DNA of 64,000 nucleotides from an uncultured Acidimicrobiales bacterium (GTDB lineage: Bacteria; Actinomycetota; Acidimicrobiia; Acidimicrobiales; SHLQ01): NCBI GenBank assembly GCA_938038785.1, contig CALHTB010000009.1, positions 51,513 through 115,512 of the forward strand, in the 5' to 3' direction. This document shows positions 8,433 to 17,464 of the stretch, in pieces. Position 1 is the first letter of the stretch; every line of letters begins with the position of its first letter. The notes below the pieces were generated by a model. The model searched no databases. It saw only the letters and a list, made by a program, of their open reading frames with translations, and was not told where the DNA came from. Made by a program: the position numbers and the translations under genes.

Positions 8433-9362
8433 TCAGTCGACGTCTGCGGTTACCGAGTCGGCATCATCGGAGTCTTCGGTGTCGTCAGCGTCTTCGGTGT
8501 CGGCAGTGTCTTTAGCGCCGCGGGTGGATTCCGATGCTTGTTGGTCCTGTTTCTCGCCGCCCGGCCAAAAGATGGTCGCGAGGCCAGCGATGATCAACGC
8601 TCCGCTCATCCAGATATTGATGCGAAGGCCAAGGATTTTGTTTACCGAATCGATCTTGATCGTCTCGATCCAGAGGCGGCCAATTCCGTAGCCCAGGAGA
8701 TAGATCGCGATCAGTCGGCCGCGGGGCAACAGCTTCTTCGCGTCAACACGAAGCAACACCACCGATAGCGCCAGGTTCCAGAGCATTTCGTACAGGAACG
8801 TTGGATGGAAGGTTGGAAAGGCCTGGACATCCTGCCATTCCTCGGGGATCGCGAAGCGATGATCGCCGTCGATTTCGAGACCCCACGGCAGGTCGGTTGG
8901 CCGACCGTAGAGCTCTTGGTTGAAGTAGTTGCCGAGGCGGCCGACGGCTTGAGCGAGGGGCAAGCCTGGTACTGCGGCATCGAGCGCGGACTTCACTTCC
9001 ATGCCGCGCCGACGAGCCGCCCACAGTCCGACGATGATGCCGAGGAACATGCCGCCAGGGATACCGAGGCCGCCCTCATTGATAAGAAACACCTCGTACC
9101 ACGGCTGGTCGGAGAATCGTTGGAAGTCGGTGATGACGTGATAGGCGCGTGCCCCGATGACTCCGGCGGGAATTCCCCACATAGCAACCGACGCCATGTC
9201 GTCTTCGTTGCCGCCCATTTCTACCCAACGTTTGCTCGCCAGAGCAACGGCCATAGCCGCACCAATGGCGATGGACAGGCCATAGAGCGTGAAGGGGCCA
9301 ATCGAGTTAAACCCAGGTGAGGGGATCGATGCGAGCTCTGAGATCAGGGCGAATGACAGCAC
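8433..9362 (-). CDS. lgt: prolipoprotein diacylglyceryl transferase with acidic C-terminal tail
   Basis: 309 aa, GTG start. Lgt signature AQAVGRLGNYFNQELYGRPTDLPWGL. Polytopic membrane profile. The C-terminus is a D/E/T-rich tail (TADTEDADDTEDSDDADSVTADVD). Confidence 0.93.
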   Translation of the reverse strand: MLSFALISELASIPSPGFNSIGPFTLYGLSIAIGAAMAVALASKRWVEMGGNEDDMASVAMWGIPAGVIGARAYHVITDFQRFSDQPWYEVFLINEGGLGIPGGMFLGIIVGLWAARRRGMEVKSALDAAVPGLPLAQAVGRLGNYFNQELYGRPTDLPWGLEIDGDHRFAIPEEWQDVQAFPTFHPTFLYEMLWNLALSVVLLRVDAKKLLPRGRLIAIYLLGYGIGRLWIETIKIDSVNKILGLRINIWMSGALIIAGLATIFWPGGEKQDQQASESTRGAKDTADTEDADDTEDSDDADSVTADVD

Positions 9363-9435
9363 AGCACTACCGTAGTGCTAAAGCGGGCGAGCGCTCCAGA
9401 GCGGGGAGTTTCTGCGCCCAGAATTTGGGAAGTTC

Positions 9436-11229
9436 TTAGAACTGCTCGGGTGTGAGCTTCATCAACACGTCGGCGCTGGCCAACACGGCCGATTCCTGTG
9501 CTGCCGCGAGCGGAAGAAGCTGTTCGCAATAGAACTGAGCGGTAACGACCTTGGCCGAAAGACGCTCGTCCGTATCTCCAGCGTCGAGGCGTCGCTGCGC
9601 TGCTTGTGCTTGGCGCACGAGCGACCAGCCGCCAACCAGCTGGCCGAGCATCTTGGCGTATGGCGTTGCACCCGCGAACGCATCGGCGGGTGCCGACGAG
9701 AGGCGTTCGATGACCTTCATGGTGGTCGCCCGAACCGTGGCGGTAGAGGTTGCCAATGCGGCGCCCATCGAAGCGATGGCCTCGTCCCCGCCTTGGGCTG
9801 CTGCAGCGGTTGCATCGATCTCGTCGAGGAGGTTAGAGATGACCGCTCCCCCGTCGAGTGGAAGTTTCCGGGCCACTAGATCGAGTGCCTGGATGCCGTT
9901 TGTGCCTTCATAGATGGGGTTGATGCGGGCATCGCGATAGTGCTGTGCGACGCCGGTCTCTTCAACGAAGCCCATCCCTCCGTGGATCTGTACGGCTATC
10001 GACGTCAGCTCCACGCCAAGGTCGGTGCACCAGCCCTTGGTGATGGGGGTCAGCAGCGCGGCGCGTGCCGATGCAGTCTCTCGACCTGCGTCATCGGGGT
10101 GATGTCCCTCTGCGTCTACCGCGGCAGCGTCGAGGAAGGCCACGCCACGCATGGCTTCGATGTAGGCCTTCATGGTCAGCAACATGCGGCGTACATCTGG
10201 GTGTTCGATGATCGGCGATGAGGTTCCTGCCGCCGCACCCAGCGCGCGACCCTGCTTGCGTTCGTTCGAGTAGTCGAGCGCGTCTTGGTAGGCCCGTTCG
10301 GCGATGGCTAGGCCTTGCACACCGACCGACAGCCGGGCGTTGTTCATCATGGTGAACATGTAGGCCATGCCCCGGTTTTCCTCACCGATGAGGTAGCCAA
10401 CGGCGCCGTCGTCGTCGCCGAACTGCAAGACACAGGTCGGGCTGCCGTGAATGCCGAGCTTGTGCTCGATCGAGGTGCACTTCACATCGTTGCGAATGGT
10501 GGGCTTGCCGTCGTCGTCGAGCAGGAACTTTGGGACGATGAAGGTCGAGATGCCTTTGGTGCCAGGAGGGGCGTCGGGGGTGCGCGCCAGGACGAGGTGG
10601 ACGATGTTGTCGGTCAGGTCATGTTCGCCGTAGGTAATGAAGATCTTCTGACCCGAGATTCGGTAGGTGCCATCGTCGGCTGGTTCGGCCTTGGTTCGCA
10701 GCGCACCTACATCAGAACCCGCATCGGGTTCGGTGAGGTTCATGGTGGCGCTCCACTCACCGCTGATCAGCGGGCGCAGCCAAGTTTCCTTTTGTTCCTC
10801 ATCGGAGTGCTCGTGGATGAGGTCGATTGCGCCTTGGGTAAGCAGCGGGCACAGGGCGAACGACATGCACGCCGAGTTCAACATCTCTTGGAGGGCGATC
10901 GAGATTACCCACGGGAGGCCGCCACCGCCGTAGGCTGGGTCGAACGGCACCGATTGCCAGCCGGCGTCGGCGTACTGCTTATATGCGTCGATGAAGCCGT
11001 CGGGTGTGGTGACGGAGAAGTCACTGTTCCACGTGCTGCCCTGCTCGTCGGAGTGTCGGTTCAACGGCGCGATCGTGCCTTCGATGAACCGGCCAGCCTC
11101 ATCGAGCAGCGGTTCGACCATGTCGGGGTCAAATTCGGCGAAGTCTGGGAAGGAGCTGATGTTCTTGACGTCAGCGAGCTCTTCGAGGATGAAGCGAATG
11201 TCCCAAAGCGGTGCGGAATAGTCAGCCAT
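9436..11229 (-). CDS. long-form acyl-CoA dehydrogenase (FadE-type with C-terminal extension)
   Basis: 597 aa. ACAD N, middle and C domains (TEPDAGSD, GQKIFIT, YEGTNGIQALDL) plus an additional ~150-aa C-terminal helical domain. Confidence 0.92.
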   Translation of the reverse strand: MADYSAPLWDIRFILEELADVKNISSFPDFAEFDPDMVEPLLDEAGRFIEGTIAPLNRHSDEQGSTWNSDFSVTTPDGFIDAYKQYADAGWQSVPFDPAYGGGGLPWVISIALQEMLNSACMSFALCPLLTQGAIDLIHEHSDEEQKETWLRPLISGEWSATMNLTEPDAGSDVGALRTKAEPADDGTYRISGQKIFITYGEHDLTDNIVHLVLARTPDAPPGTKGISTFIVPKFLLDDDGKPTIRNDVKCTSIEHKLGIHGSPTCVLQFGDDDGAVGYLIGEENRGMAYMFTMMNNARLSVGVQGLAIAERAYQDALDYSNERKQGRALGAAAGTSSPIIEHPDVRRMLLTMKAYIEAMRGVAFLDAAAVDAEGHHPDDAGRETASARAALLTPITKGWCTDLGVELTSIAVQIHGGMGFVEETGVAQHYRDARINPIYEGTNGIQALDLVARKLPLDGGAVISNLLDEIDATAAAAQGGDEAIASMGAALATSTATVRATTMKVIERLSSAPADAFAGATPYAKMLGQLVGGWSLVRQAQAAQRRLDAGDTDERLSAKVVTAQFYCEQLLPLAAAQESAVLASADVLMKLTPEQF

Positions 11230-11315
11230 AAATCCCTATCGGTAGTCAGCGAAACCAGAAAAGGTTGGATGTCCTACTATATAGGGTCGTACGACTTTGA
11301 GCCGGCACAAACGGA

Positions 11316-11339
11316 CTTTGTTACCCCTTGGTAACAAAG
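11316..11339. promoter_or_regulatory. perfect 10-bp inverted repeat (operator or weak terminator)
   Basis: ctttgttacc-cctt-ggtaacaaag. It sits 87 nt upstream of the acyl-CoA dehydrogenase start and 72 nt downstream of the YihY stop. No strong T-tract follows on the minus strand. Confidence 0.4.
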
Positions 11340-11410
11340 TGCGTTGACACCGCCCCCGGCGCCCAGACTGCGTGGCGCCTGAACGCTCCCCGAAGGGAAA
11401 CAATCGCGGA

Positions 11411-12367
11411 TTAGCTTCGACGGACGAAACGCCGAGCCCATTTGAATGCTCGGGTGAACAGCAACGGCTCGGTCCAGTTGTTGGGTGCCGGGCGGCGCGA
11501 CGCAAAGCCTGCGTTGACCTCGGCACCTAGCACGAGGCCGATCGCCAAGAGGTAGAGCCACAGCTGCAAGGTGATGGCGGTACCAATGACGCCAAAGACG
11601 GCGTTCGACGTGCTGCTCAGGGTGCGTAGGTAGACCCCAAACAACAGTGTTGCGATCAGCGAGAACACCGCCGAAAATGCCGCGCCAGGAATCTCGTTGC
11701 GCCATGACGCTCGACGATTTGGGGCGACGTGGTAGATCGTGGCTGACCAAGCGACGAGAATCGCTGCGGCAACTGGGTATCGAACCCAGTTCCAGAGGAA
11801 GGAGAGGAAGTCGCCGAGGAATCCATCGCCGAGAAAGTCCTCGCGTCCAAGGAGCGGACCGATAACGAGTGCAGCCAACGTCAGCGACCCGACGAGGATC
11901 GTTCCGACGGCAAGCAGTAGCCCGACGAGCTGTGTGCCGATCCAGCCTCGTGTGTTTTCGTGGCCGTATGCGACGTCGAGCGCTCGAACCACGGCAGCAA
12001 AGCCGCGCGAGGCGGTGTAGATCGTGGCGATGACACCAACGGTCAGTGCTGAGGTTGATGAGTCTTCGAACAAGGATCGAACGGCATCGGTCACGCCGCC
12101 CTCAACCCCAAAGACCTGTCCCGCCCAGTCGGTCACTTGGTTTTGCACGTCTTCAGCGAGATCGGTGCCGATGAGGTTGCCCAGCCAGCCGAGTGCCGAG
12201 GAGCTCACCAGGAGCAGCGGAAAGAGGCTGAGAAGTGCAAAGAAACCAATCTCGGCGGCGAGCCCACTGACACGATCGTCATGCCACGAGCGGTAGAGAT
12301 GACGCAGCCACCAACTTGGGGTCAGGCGTTGCGGCCCTGGGGGCGCGGCAGGATTCTCGGCACTCAT
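11411..12367 (-). CDS. YihY/BrkB-family (formerly RNase BN-like) membrane protein
   Basis: 318 aa. Six predicted TM helices. N-terminal block LAAEIGFFALLSLFPLLLV is typical of YihY. Confidence 0.78.
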   Translation of the reverse strand: MSAENPAAPPGPQRLTPSWWLRHLYRSWHDDRVSGLAAEIGFFALLSLFPLLLVSSSALGWLGNLIGTDLAEDVQNQVTDWAGQVFGVEGGVTDAVRSLFEDSSTSALTVGVIATIYTASRGFAAVVRALDVAYGHENTRGWIGTQLVGLLLAVGTILVGSLTLAALVIGPLLGREDFLGDGFLGDFLSFLWNWVRYPVAAAILVAWSATIYHVAPNRRASWRNEIPGAAFSAVFSLIATLLFGVYLRTLSSTSNAVFGVIGTAITLQLWLYLLAIGLVLGAEVNAGFASRRPAPNNWTEPLLFTRAFKWARRFVRRS

Positions 12368-12473
12368 GAAGAACCTAGTCTTGCCCGAATCCAGCGATTA
12401 TCGGTGGCACTAGGCGATGATTCTCGTCGCTTGTTGAACGCACGGGCGTTCGAGTCGACTCAATGCGAGCGGG

Positions 12474-13043
12474 TTAGCGCCCGAGGGGGAACCGGCGACG
12501 GACGTTGGAGACCATAGCGACCTCGTCGGTCGACGTGAGGTCGATCAGTTGATCGACGGTCGCGTCGTCTGCGCTGCCATGGCCTTGGTCGTGCTCGAAG
12601 TGTGAAAGCAGCGAGCTCGCACGTTTTTCGTCTTCGGGAACGACGAAGCTTAGGTGGACTGCCGACGCAAGTGCATCGAGGCGTTTTGCATAGTCGCGAA
12701 CCGACAATGCAGTCCGCAGGTGAATGGTCATCGATGCTCGTACGGGGCCCTGAGTCACGGCGTACTCATGTGTTGCTACAAGCGTGCTCGAAGCATCCGC
12801 GTAGAAGGACTTCACCGCTGCACCACTCGATGTATCGGTGCCCAAGTGCACGGGAACCCCGGAAAGCGTGAGGCGTTGGGCGTACTCGTCTGCGTCGCGC
12901 TCGGAGTTCGCTATCAGCGCGAGTCTCTGAGTTTGCGCGGCGAAAGACACCACGTGGGACAGTCGGTCACCACGTGAAACGCTCCAGAAGAACCCTCCAG
13001 GATGAACCCGCTGCACAGATGTAGGGGGTGATTGCTCCGCCAC
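12474..13043 (-). CDS. hypothetical protein resembling a degenerate helicase C-terminal (RecA2) domain
   Basis: 189 aa. The pattern LALIANSERDADEYAQRL...GVPVHL....VLVATHEYA....IHL mirrors the DEAD-box C-domain topology, but motif VI (HRxGRxxR) is absent. Function unknown. Confidence 0.5.
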   Translation of the reverse strand: MAEQSPPTSVQRVHPGGFFWSVSRGDRLSHVVSFAAQTQRLALIANSERDADEYAQRLTLSGVPVHLGTDTSSGAAVKSFYADASSTLVATHEYAVTQGPVRASMTIHLRTALSVRDYAKRLDALASAVHLSFVVPEDEKRASSLLSHFEHDQGHGSADDATVDQLIDLTSTDEVAMVSNVRRRFPLGR

Positions 13044-13185
13044 GTTAATGAGTACTCACTCGTTGCCGACTCCTCCGCAGGCGCACCTGCATCGTAACAC
13101 AAGCCGTAACAGTGTTGCGGTTAAGTGACGCGATTCGTCAGAATCAACAGCGCAAATACCGCTTTTGGTGAGTGAAGGTTACAAC

Positions 13186-14049
13186 TTATGCGCTGATCGT
13201 CACCGGGGCACCGAGAGGAACGTTCTCAGCGAGGAACGTGATCACGTCGTTGGGTACCCGAACACACCCGTTCGACCGCGACTGGCCAACCTGGTCGGGT
13301 CGGCTCGTGCCATGAATGGCGATGACGGGCAGGCCACCGCTGAAGGTGTCGTACACCTCGGAGAACGCTGACAAGGCCAACGCGTACGGGCCAATGAACG
13401 ACTCACTCGGTGGGTTCTCCCGGATCGCAGTGACGTAGAAGGTTCCAAGAGGCGTTGGTGTGGATGAGCTGCCGACGACTGCCTGGGTTTCGGCTATGAC
13501 GTCGTTGCCGTCGTAGACGATGACCTGGTGGGCACTGAGGTTGACTTCAGCGCGTACCCGGGTCGAAGACATGTCGTAGAGGTCAGCATCGATCCAACCG
13601 GTCTGGCCGTTTGGGCGGATTGGCAGCTGCACCTGCAGCCACTCGTCTCCGGGTTGGCCTTCGGTGACCATCAATGTCATTGGCCCGCCGAACTGGTGCG
13701 GGTTTGGGACCAAGAACTCGAACGGGATGATCTCGCCATCGGGCTTGTCGTAGGCCACGAGATGGGTGACCTCGGGCTTGGCCGTAACGACCCAGGTACG
13801 AAGCGGGTCGGGCGCAATCGTGCTTGTCGTCGTCGAGGTGGTGGTTGTCGTCGGAGCAGCCGTGGTCGTTGTGCTGGGGGCGGCTGCAATGGTGGTTGTT
13901 GTCGTTGTTGGATCCGCAAGCGCCAGGGAATCGGGTTGGCCATCGCTCGAGCAACCTGACGCCACAACTGCGGTGACCATCAGGAGCGCCAGCATGCGGC
14001 GAAGGTTGTGTCGGAAACGATTTCGAACCATCACCTGATATATCGGCAC
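13186..14049 (-). CDS. L,D-transpeptidase (YkuD domain) lipoprotein
   Basis: Signal peptide with lipobox VVASGC. Thr/Ala/Pro-rich linker. Catalytic motif IAIHGTSRPDQVGQSRSNGCVRV (HxxxxxxxS/NxGC). Confidence 0.9.
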   Translation of the reverse strand: MPIYQVMVRNRFRHNLRRMLALLMVTAVVASGCSSDGQPDSLALADPTTTTTTIAAAPSTTTTAAPTTTTTSTTTSTIAPDPLRTWVVTAKPEVTHLVAYDKPDGEIIPFEFLVPNPHQFGGPMTLMVTEGQPGDEWLQVQLPIRPNGQTGWIDADLYDMSSTRVRAEVNLSAHQVIVYDGNDVIAETQAVVGSSSTPTPLGTFYVTAIRENPPSESFIGPYALALSAFSEVYDTFSGGLPVIAIHGTSRPDQVGQSRSNGCVRVPNDVITFLAENVPLGAPVTISA

Positions 14050-14081
14050 GTTCGCGCCTCAACCAAACATCTAACTTTGGG

Positions 14082-14921
14082 GTGCCGGTAGATTTGGGCA
14101 TTGTGACTCATTCTCTCGTCCCGCTCGCACCAGGGGTTTTTGCCTGGATGGCAGATTCCCCTCACCCGAGCTCAACTAATGCGGGTGTGGTCCTCGCCGC
14201 GGATGGCGTCACTTTGGTCGACGCGGGCGCTGCACCATCGTGCGCGGCTCCCCTGGCCCAGGCCATTGCCGAACTCACTCCCCTGCCGGTTCGGCGACTT
14301 GTGCTCACCGGCTCCCACATAGACCTCGTAGGTGGGGCCTCGGCGTTTCCCCTGGCGGCGGTGTACGGCAGTGGTCAAACGTCTGACCATCTCGATCAAC
14401 CAGCAAACCCCGAAGCGTGGAAACGAATGCATCCGAGCCTGGCTGGCGAGTTCGATGAACTCCCAGCCCGGCCGGTGTCTCACGTCGTCACCGAAGCAGC
14501 ACATCTGTGCCCTGCCAGCATTGCCGTACCTTCTGGCGGTCCTCAGTTTGAGAACCTGGTGGTCCAGGTGCCGTCGGCCAATGTGGTCTTTGCCGGTGCA
14601 GTGGCGAGCTTCGGCACAGTACCGCTCGGATTCGAATCCGACTTTGCCGCGTGGGCGACCCATCTCGACACAATCGCCGCGTATGGCGAGATTTTCATTC
14701 CCGCGCACGGGCCGATAGGCGGGGTCGAAGAGCTGACAGAGCTTCGCGACTACCTCAACGCATGTGTTGACGCGAACGGTTCACTTGACGCGCTGGCCAG
14801 GGGTCCCTGGATGAGTTGGGAGAACCAACGCTTCCATGAGGTGAACGTCGAGCGAGCGCAAATGCTGGCCCAGGGAGATCCAAACCCACCGCCCGCAATG
14901 CTGCGACTGCTCGGGCTGTAG
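14082..14921 (+). CDS. MBL-fold (metallo-beta-lactamase-like) protein with degenerate metal motif
   Basis: 279 aa, GTG start. The MBL-like strand pattern is present (NAGVVLAADGVTLVDAG...RRLVLTGSHIDLVGG). The canonical HxHxDH is reduced to TGSHIDL. Confidence 0.55.
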   Translation: MPVDLGIVTHSLVPLAPGVFAWMADSPHPSSTNAGVVLAADGVTLVDAGAAPSCAAPLAQAIAELTPLPVRRLVLTGSHIDLVGGASAFPLAAVYGSGQTSDHLDQPANPEAWKRMHPSLAGEFDELPARPVSHVVTEAAHLCPASIAVPSGGPQFENLVVQVPSANVVFAGAVASFGTVPLGFESDFAAWATHLDTIAAYGEIFIPAHGPIGGVEELTELRDYLNACVDANGSLDALARGPWMSWENQRFHEVNVERAQMLAQGDPNPPPAMLRLLGL

Positions 14922-14925
14922 CGGC

Positions 14926-15900
14926 TTAGTGAGCAACGCTGTCTTTGTGCTCGGCGGACTTGGTGAGGCTCAGCACAACGCCGAGAACCAACATGGTGGT
15001 GATCACTCCGAGGGAGATGGCAATCGGAATGTGATACCACGGCGTCACCACGAGCTTGATGCCGACAAACAATAGGATTCCGCCTAGCGCAATGCCGAGA
15101 TAATGGAACCGCTCGCGGGCATCGGCCAGAAGAAAGTACATAGCGCGAAGTCCCATGATCGCAAATGCGTTGGCCGCAATGAGGATGTACGGATCGTTCG
15201 CGACGCCAAACGATGCAGGTACCGAGTCGACCGCGAAGATCACGTCAGTGAACTCGACCACGACGAGTGCAGCAAGCAACGGCGTTGCGGCTCGGCGGCC
15301 GTCGATCTGTGTAAAGAAATTCTGACCATCGAGTTCGTTGGAAACCGGCATGAACCGCTTCAACAGGTTCAGCCCCATCGTCGAGGCCTCGTCGTCTTCG
15401 CTTTCCTTATGGCGCATGATCTTGATGCCGGTGTAGATGAGGAAGATGCCGAAGAACACAAGAATGCCGCTAAATCGCTTGACGAGTTCAGATCCGACAA
15501 GAATGAAGGCCGCCCGCATCACGAGGGCTCCGAAAATGCCCCAGAACAGCACACGATGCTGGTACTTGAGCGGCACCTTCATCGAGGAGAACAGCAGCGC
15601 CCAGACGAATACGTTGTCGATGCTCAGTGATTTCTCGGTCAGATATACACCGAAGTATTCGCCGCCAGCTGTGCCGCCGTAATGCCACAGCATGAAGATG
15701 CCAAAGACGATGCTGCAGAACACCCAGAAGATCGACTCGAGGCCCGCCTCGCGAAACGTTGGTGCGTGGGCTTTGCGATGACGCCAAAGGTCGAGTGCGA
15801 GCAACGCAACAACCGACACGAGGAGAACTCCCCACGCCCAAGGGGCAACGTCGATGTCGACAAAGTTGTTCTCGGTGGACTCAGCAGCAAACACGAGCAT
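14926..15900 (-). CDS. TerC/Alx-family integral membrane protein
   Basis: 324 aa. TerC blocks EKSLSIDNVFVW and EFTDVIFAVDSVPA. About 9 TM helices. Confidence 0.9.
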   Translation of the reverse strand: MLVFAAESTENNFVDIDVAPWAWGVLLVSVVALLALDLWRHRKAHAPTFREAGLESIFWVFCSIVFGIFMLWHYGGTAGGEYFGVYLTEKSLSIDNVFVWALLFSSMKVPLKYQHRVLFWGIFGALVMRAAFILVGSELVKRFSGILVFFGIFLIYTGIKIMRHKESEDDEASTMGLNLLKRFMPVSNELDGQNFFTQIDGRRAATPLLAALVVVEFTDVIFAVDSVPASFGVANDPYILIAANAFAIMGLRAMYFLLADARERFHYLGIALGGILLFVGIKLVVTPWYHIPIAISLGVITTMLVLGVVLSLTKSAEHKDSVAH

Positions 15901-15973
15901 CCATCGATCCTACTGGCCCAAAAGTGAGCCAATGAGCACCTATGACGCCAATGTTGACCGCGCTTGACTGAGG

Positions 15974-16017
15974 CGAAAACGTCAACTGGCGTGGACTCCG
16001 GAGAGCCCACGCCAGTT
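15974..16017 (-). terminator. rho-independent-type terminator after the betaine-binding protein gene
   Basis: Perfect 11-bp stem aactggcgtgg / ccacgccagtt (15984-15994 / 16007-16017). On the minus strand it is followed by GACGTTTTCGCC. It lies 45 nt downstream of the stop at 16062. Confidence 0.7.
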
Positions 16018-16061
16018 TCGTTCGCTTATCTGCTATTCGCAGATGAAACTGTCAGTTTGGA

Positions 16062-17357
16062 TTAACCAGCAGCGAGTGCTGCGGCGACCCAGCTGTCAGC
16101 GAGATCACGGTTGTCCGAAATCCAGCCAGCAGCAATTTCGTTCACTGCATCGGTCGAGCCGTCAGAGGCGTCGAGTGCGATGCCAGCGATTGCGAGGTCG
16201 ATGAGTGGGGGCTTGAACTGGTTGAACATTTCGAGAGCTACTGGGTTCTCAGCCATCCACGCCTTGTTGGCGGTGATTTCGATGTCAGCAGCTTCCCAGC
16301 CAACCTGGCAGCCGTTGTCGCCAAGGCAGGTGTCTTCGCCGAGGCCGGTGTAACCGACGCTCTCACCGCAACGCTGGCAGTATGCCTCGCCACCTTCACG
16401 GCCGAGTGGGTTGGAGTCGTCGAGAACCGAGTCCTCGTCAACCGAGAGCCACATCGTGGTCTCGCCAGGGATTGCCTGTGCGAGGTACGAGGTAGGCGTC
16501 CAGGTGTAGATGATTGCTGGTTCGCCAGCCTGAGCCTTGGTCAGGAACTCGGCGAACATTGCGTCGTAGCCAGCCTGGGTCTGCTCGAGGTTTTCCCAAC
16601 CAGCGAACTCGATCTGCGAAGCCATGATGTCGTCGCAGGTCCAGTCTTCTGGGCAACCGAAGAACTCGCCCTTGCCGTTGCCGTCAGAGTCGAGCTGGCT
16701 CCAGAGAGCCTCGTCGTCGTTGATCTGGTCGAGGGTAAGAACACCGTTGTCTTCAGCCCAGCTCTTGGTTACGAGCATGCCCTGGAGACCGCCACCTTGC
16801 ATGAGGGAACCCTCGATGCGCTGAAGGTTGTCGCCAACCTGGGTGCCGTCTGGAAGCTCGCCTTCCCACCAGCTGAGGTGACCTGGGTACCAAGAGTTGG
16901 CCCAGAAGTCGATCTCGCCGGTAGCCATTGCCTGGTAACCGAGGTCAGGTGCGAATTCTGCGTCAGCAGGCTCGGAAACTTCGTATCCGACCTCTACGAG
17001 GAGATCACGCAAAATAGCAGCCTGGACGTAACCAGAGGACCAGTTTGCACGGCCCATGGTTGCGGTTCCGAGGGAGCCGGCTTCAGCCATAGCTTCGCCG
17101 TCTTCCATGGCCTCGTCGTCTTCCATGGCTTCATCGTCTTCCATGGCTTCATCGTCTTCCATGGCCTCGTCGTCTTCCATGGCTTCATCGACTGCGTCAG
17201 CAGCGTCACCCGCTGCGTCTTCTGCTGCATCAGCAACATCACCTGCAGCGTCTGCTGCATCCGATGCCACGTCGCTCACGGTGCTACCACATGCTGCAGC
17301 GAACATCGCTACAACTGTGAGCAACGCGAGCCAGAGGCTCTTTTTCGTTGTCTTCAT
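16062..17357 (-). CDS. proX: glycine betaine/proline betaine ABC transporter substrate-binding lipoprotein (OpuAC/ProX family)
   Basis: 431 aa. Signal peptide plus lipobox MFAAAC. Acidic linker with (DDEAME)x5. OpuAC-type aromatic-rich core ([19 protein letters not shown] motifs). Last gene of the proV-proW-proX operon. SD AAGGAGGGG. Confidence 0.9.
   Translation of the reverse strand: MKTTKKSLWLALLTVVAMFAAACGSTVSDVASDAADAAGDVADAAEDAAGDAADAVDEAMEDDEAMEDDEAMEDDEAMEDDEAMEDGEAMAEAGSLGTATMGRANWSSGYVQAAILRDLLVEVGYEVSEPADAEFAPDLGYQAMATGEIDFWANSWYPGHLSWWEGELPDGTQVGDNLQRIEGSLMQGGGLQGMLVTKSWAEDNGVLTLDQINDDEALWSQLDSDGNGKGEFFGCPEDWTCDDIMASQIEFAGWENLEQTQAGYDAMFAEFLTKAQAGEPAIIYTWTPTSYLAQAIPGETTMWLSVDEDSVLDDSNPLGREGGEAYCQRCGESVGYTGLGEDTCLGDNGCQVGWEAADIEITANKAWMAENPVALEMFNQFKPPLIDLAIAGIALDASDGSTDAVNEIAAGWISDNRDLADSWVAAALAAG
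17099..17188. repeat. 18-bp in-frame tandem repeat x5 inside proX
   Basis: cgtcttccatggcYtcRt is repeated five times head to tail (17099-17188). It encodes EAMEDD x5 in the post-lipobox linker. Confidence 0.92.
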
Positions 17358-17464
17358 CTGTGAATCCCCTCCTTGGGATGTTTGTCAGAAATACCGTAAC
17401 GCACAAACTGGGGCGATTTAGGTCGCGCGTCACAATTGGGTCTTGTATTGCCCCAGGTCTTTTG

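Noticed and set aside
9363-9379. 17-bp palindrome agcactac-c-gtagtgct abutting the lgt GTG start, considered as a regulatory operator
   Set aside because: It is too short and isolated to support a call. It sits in a 73-bp gap after the acyl-CoA dehydrogenase stop and could equally be a chance palindrome.
15901-15983. yybP-ykoY (Mn2+) riboswitch in front of the TerC-family gene
   Set aside because: Only about 83 nt lie between the upstream terminator and the start. I could not recognise the conserved four-way-junction sequence blocks by eye. An Rfam/Infernal scan would be needed.
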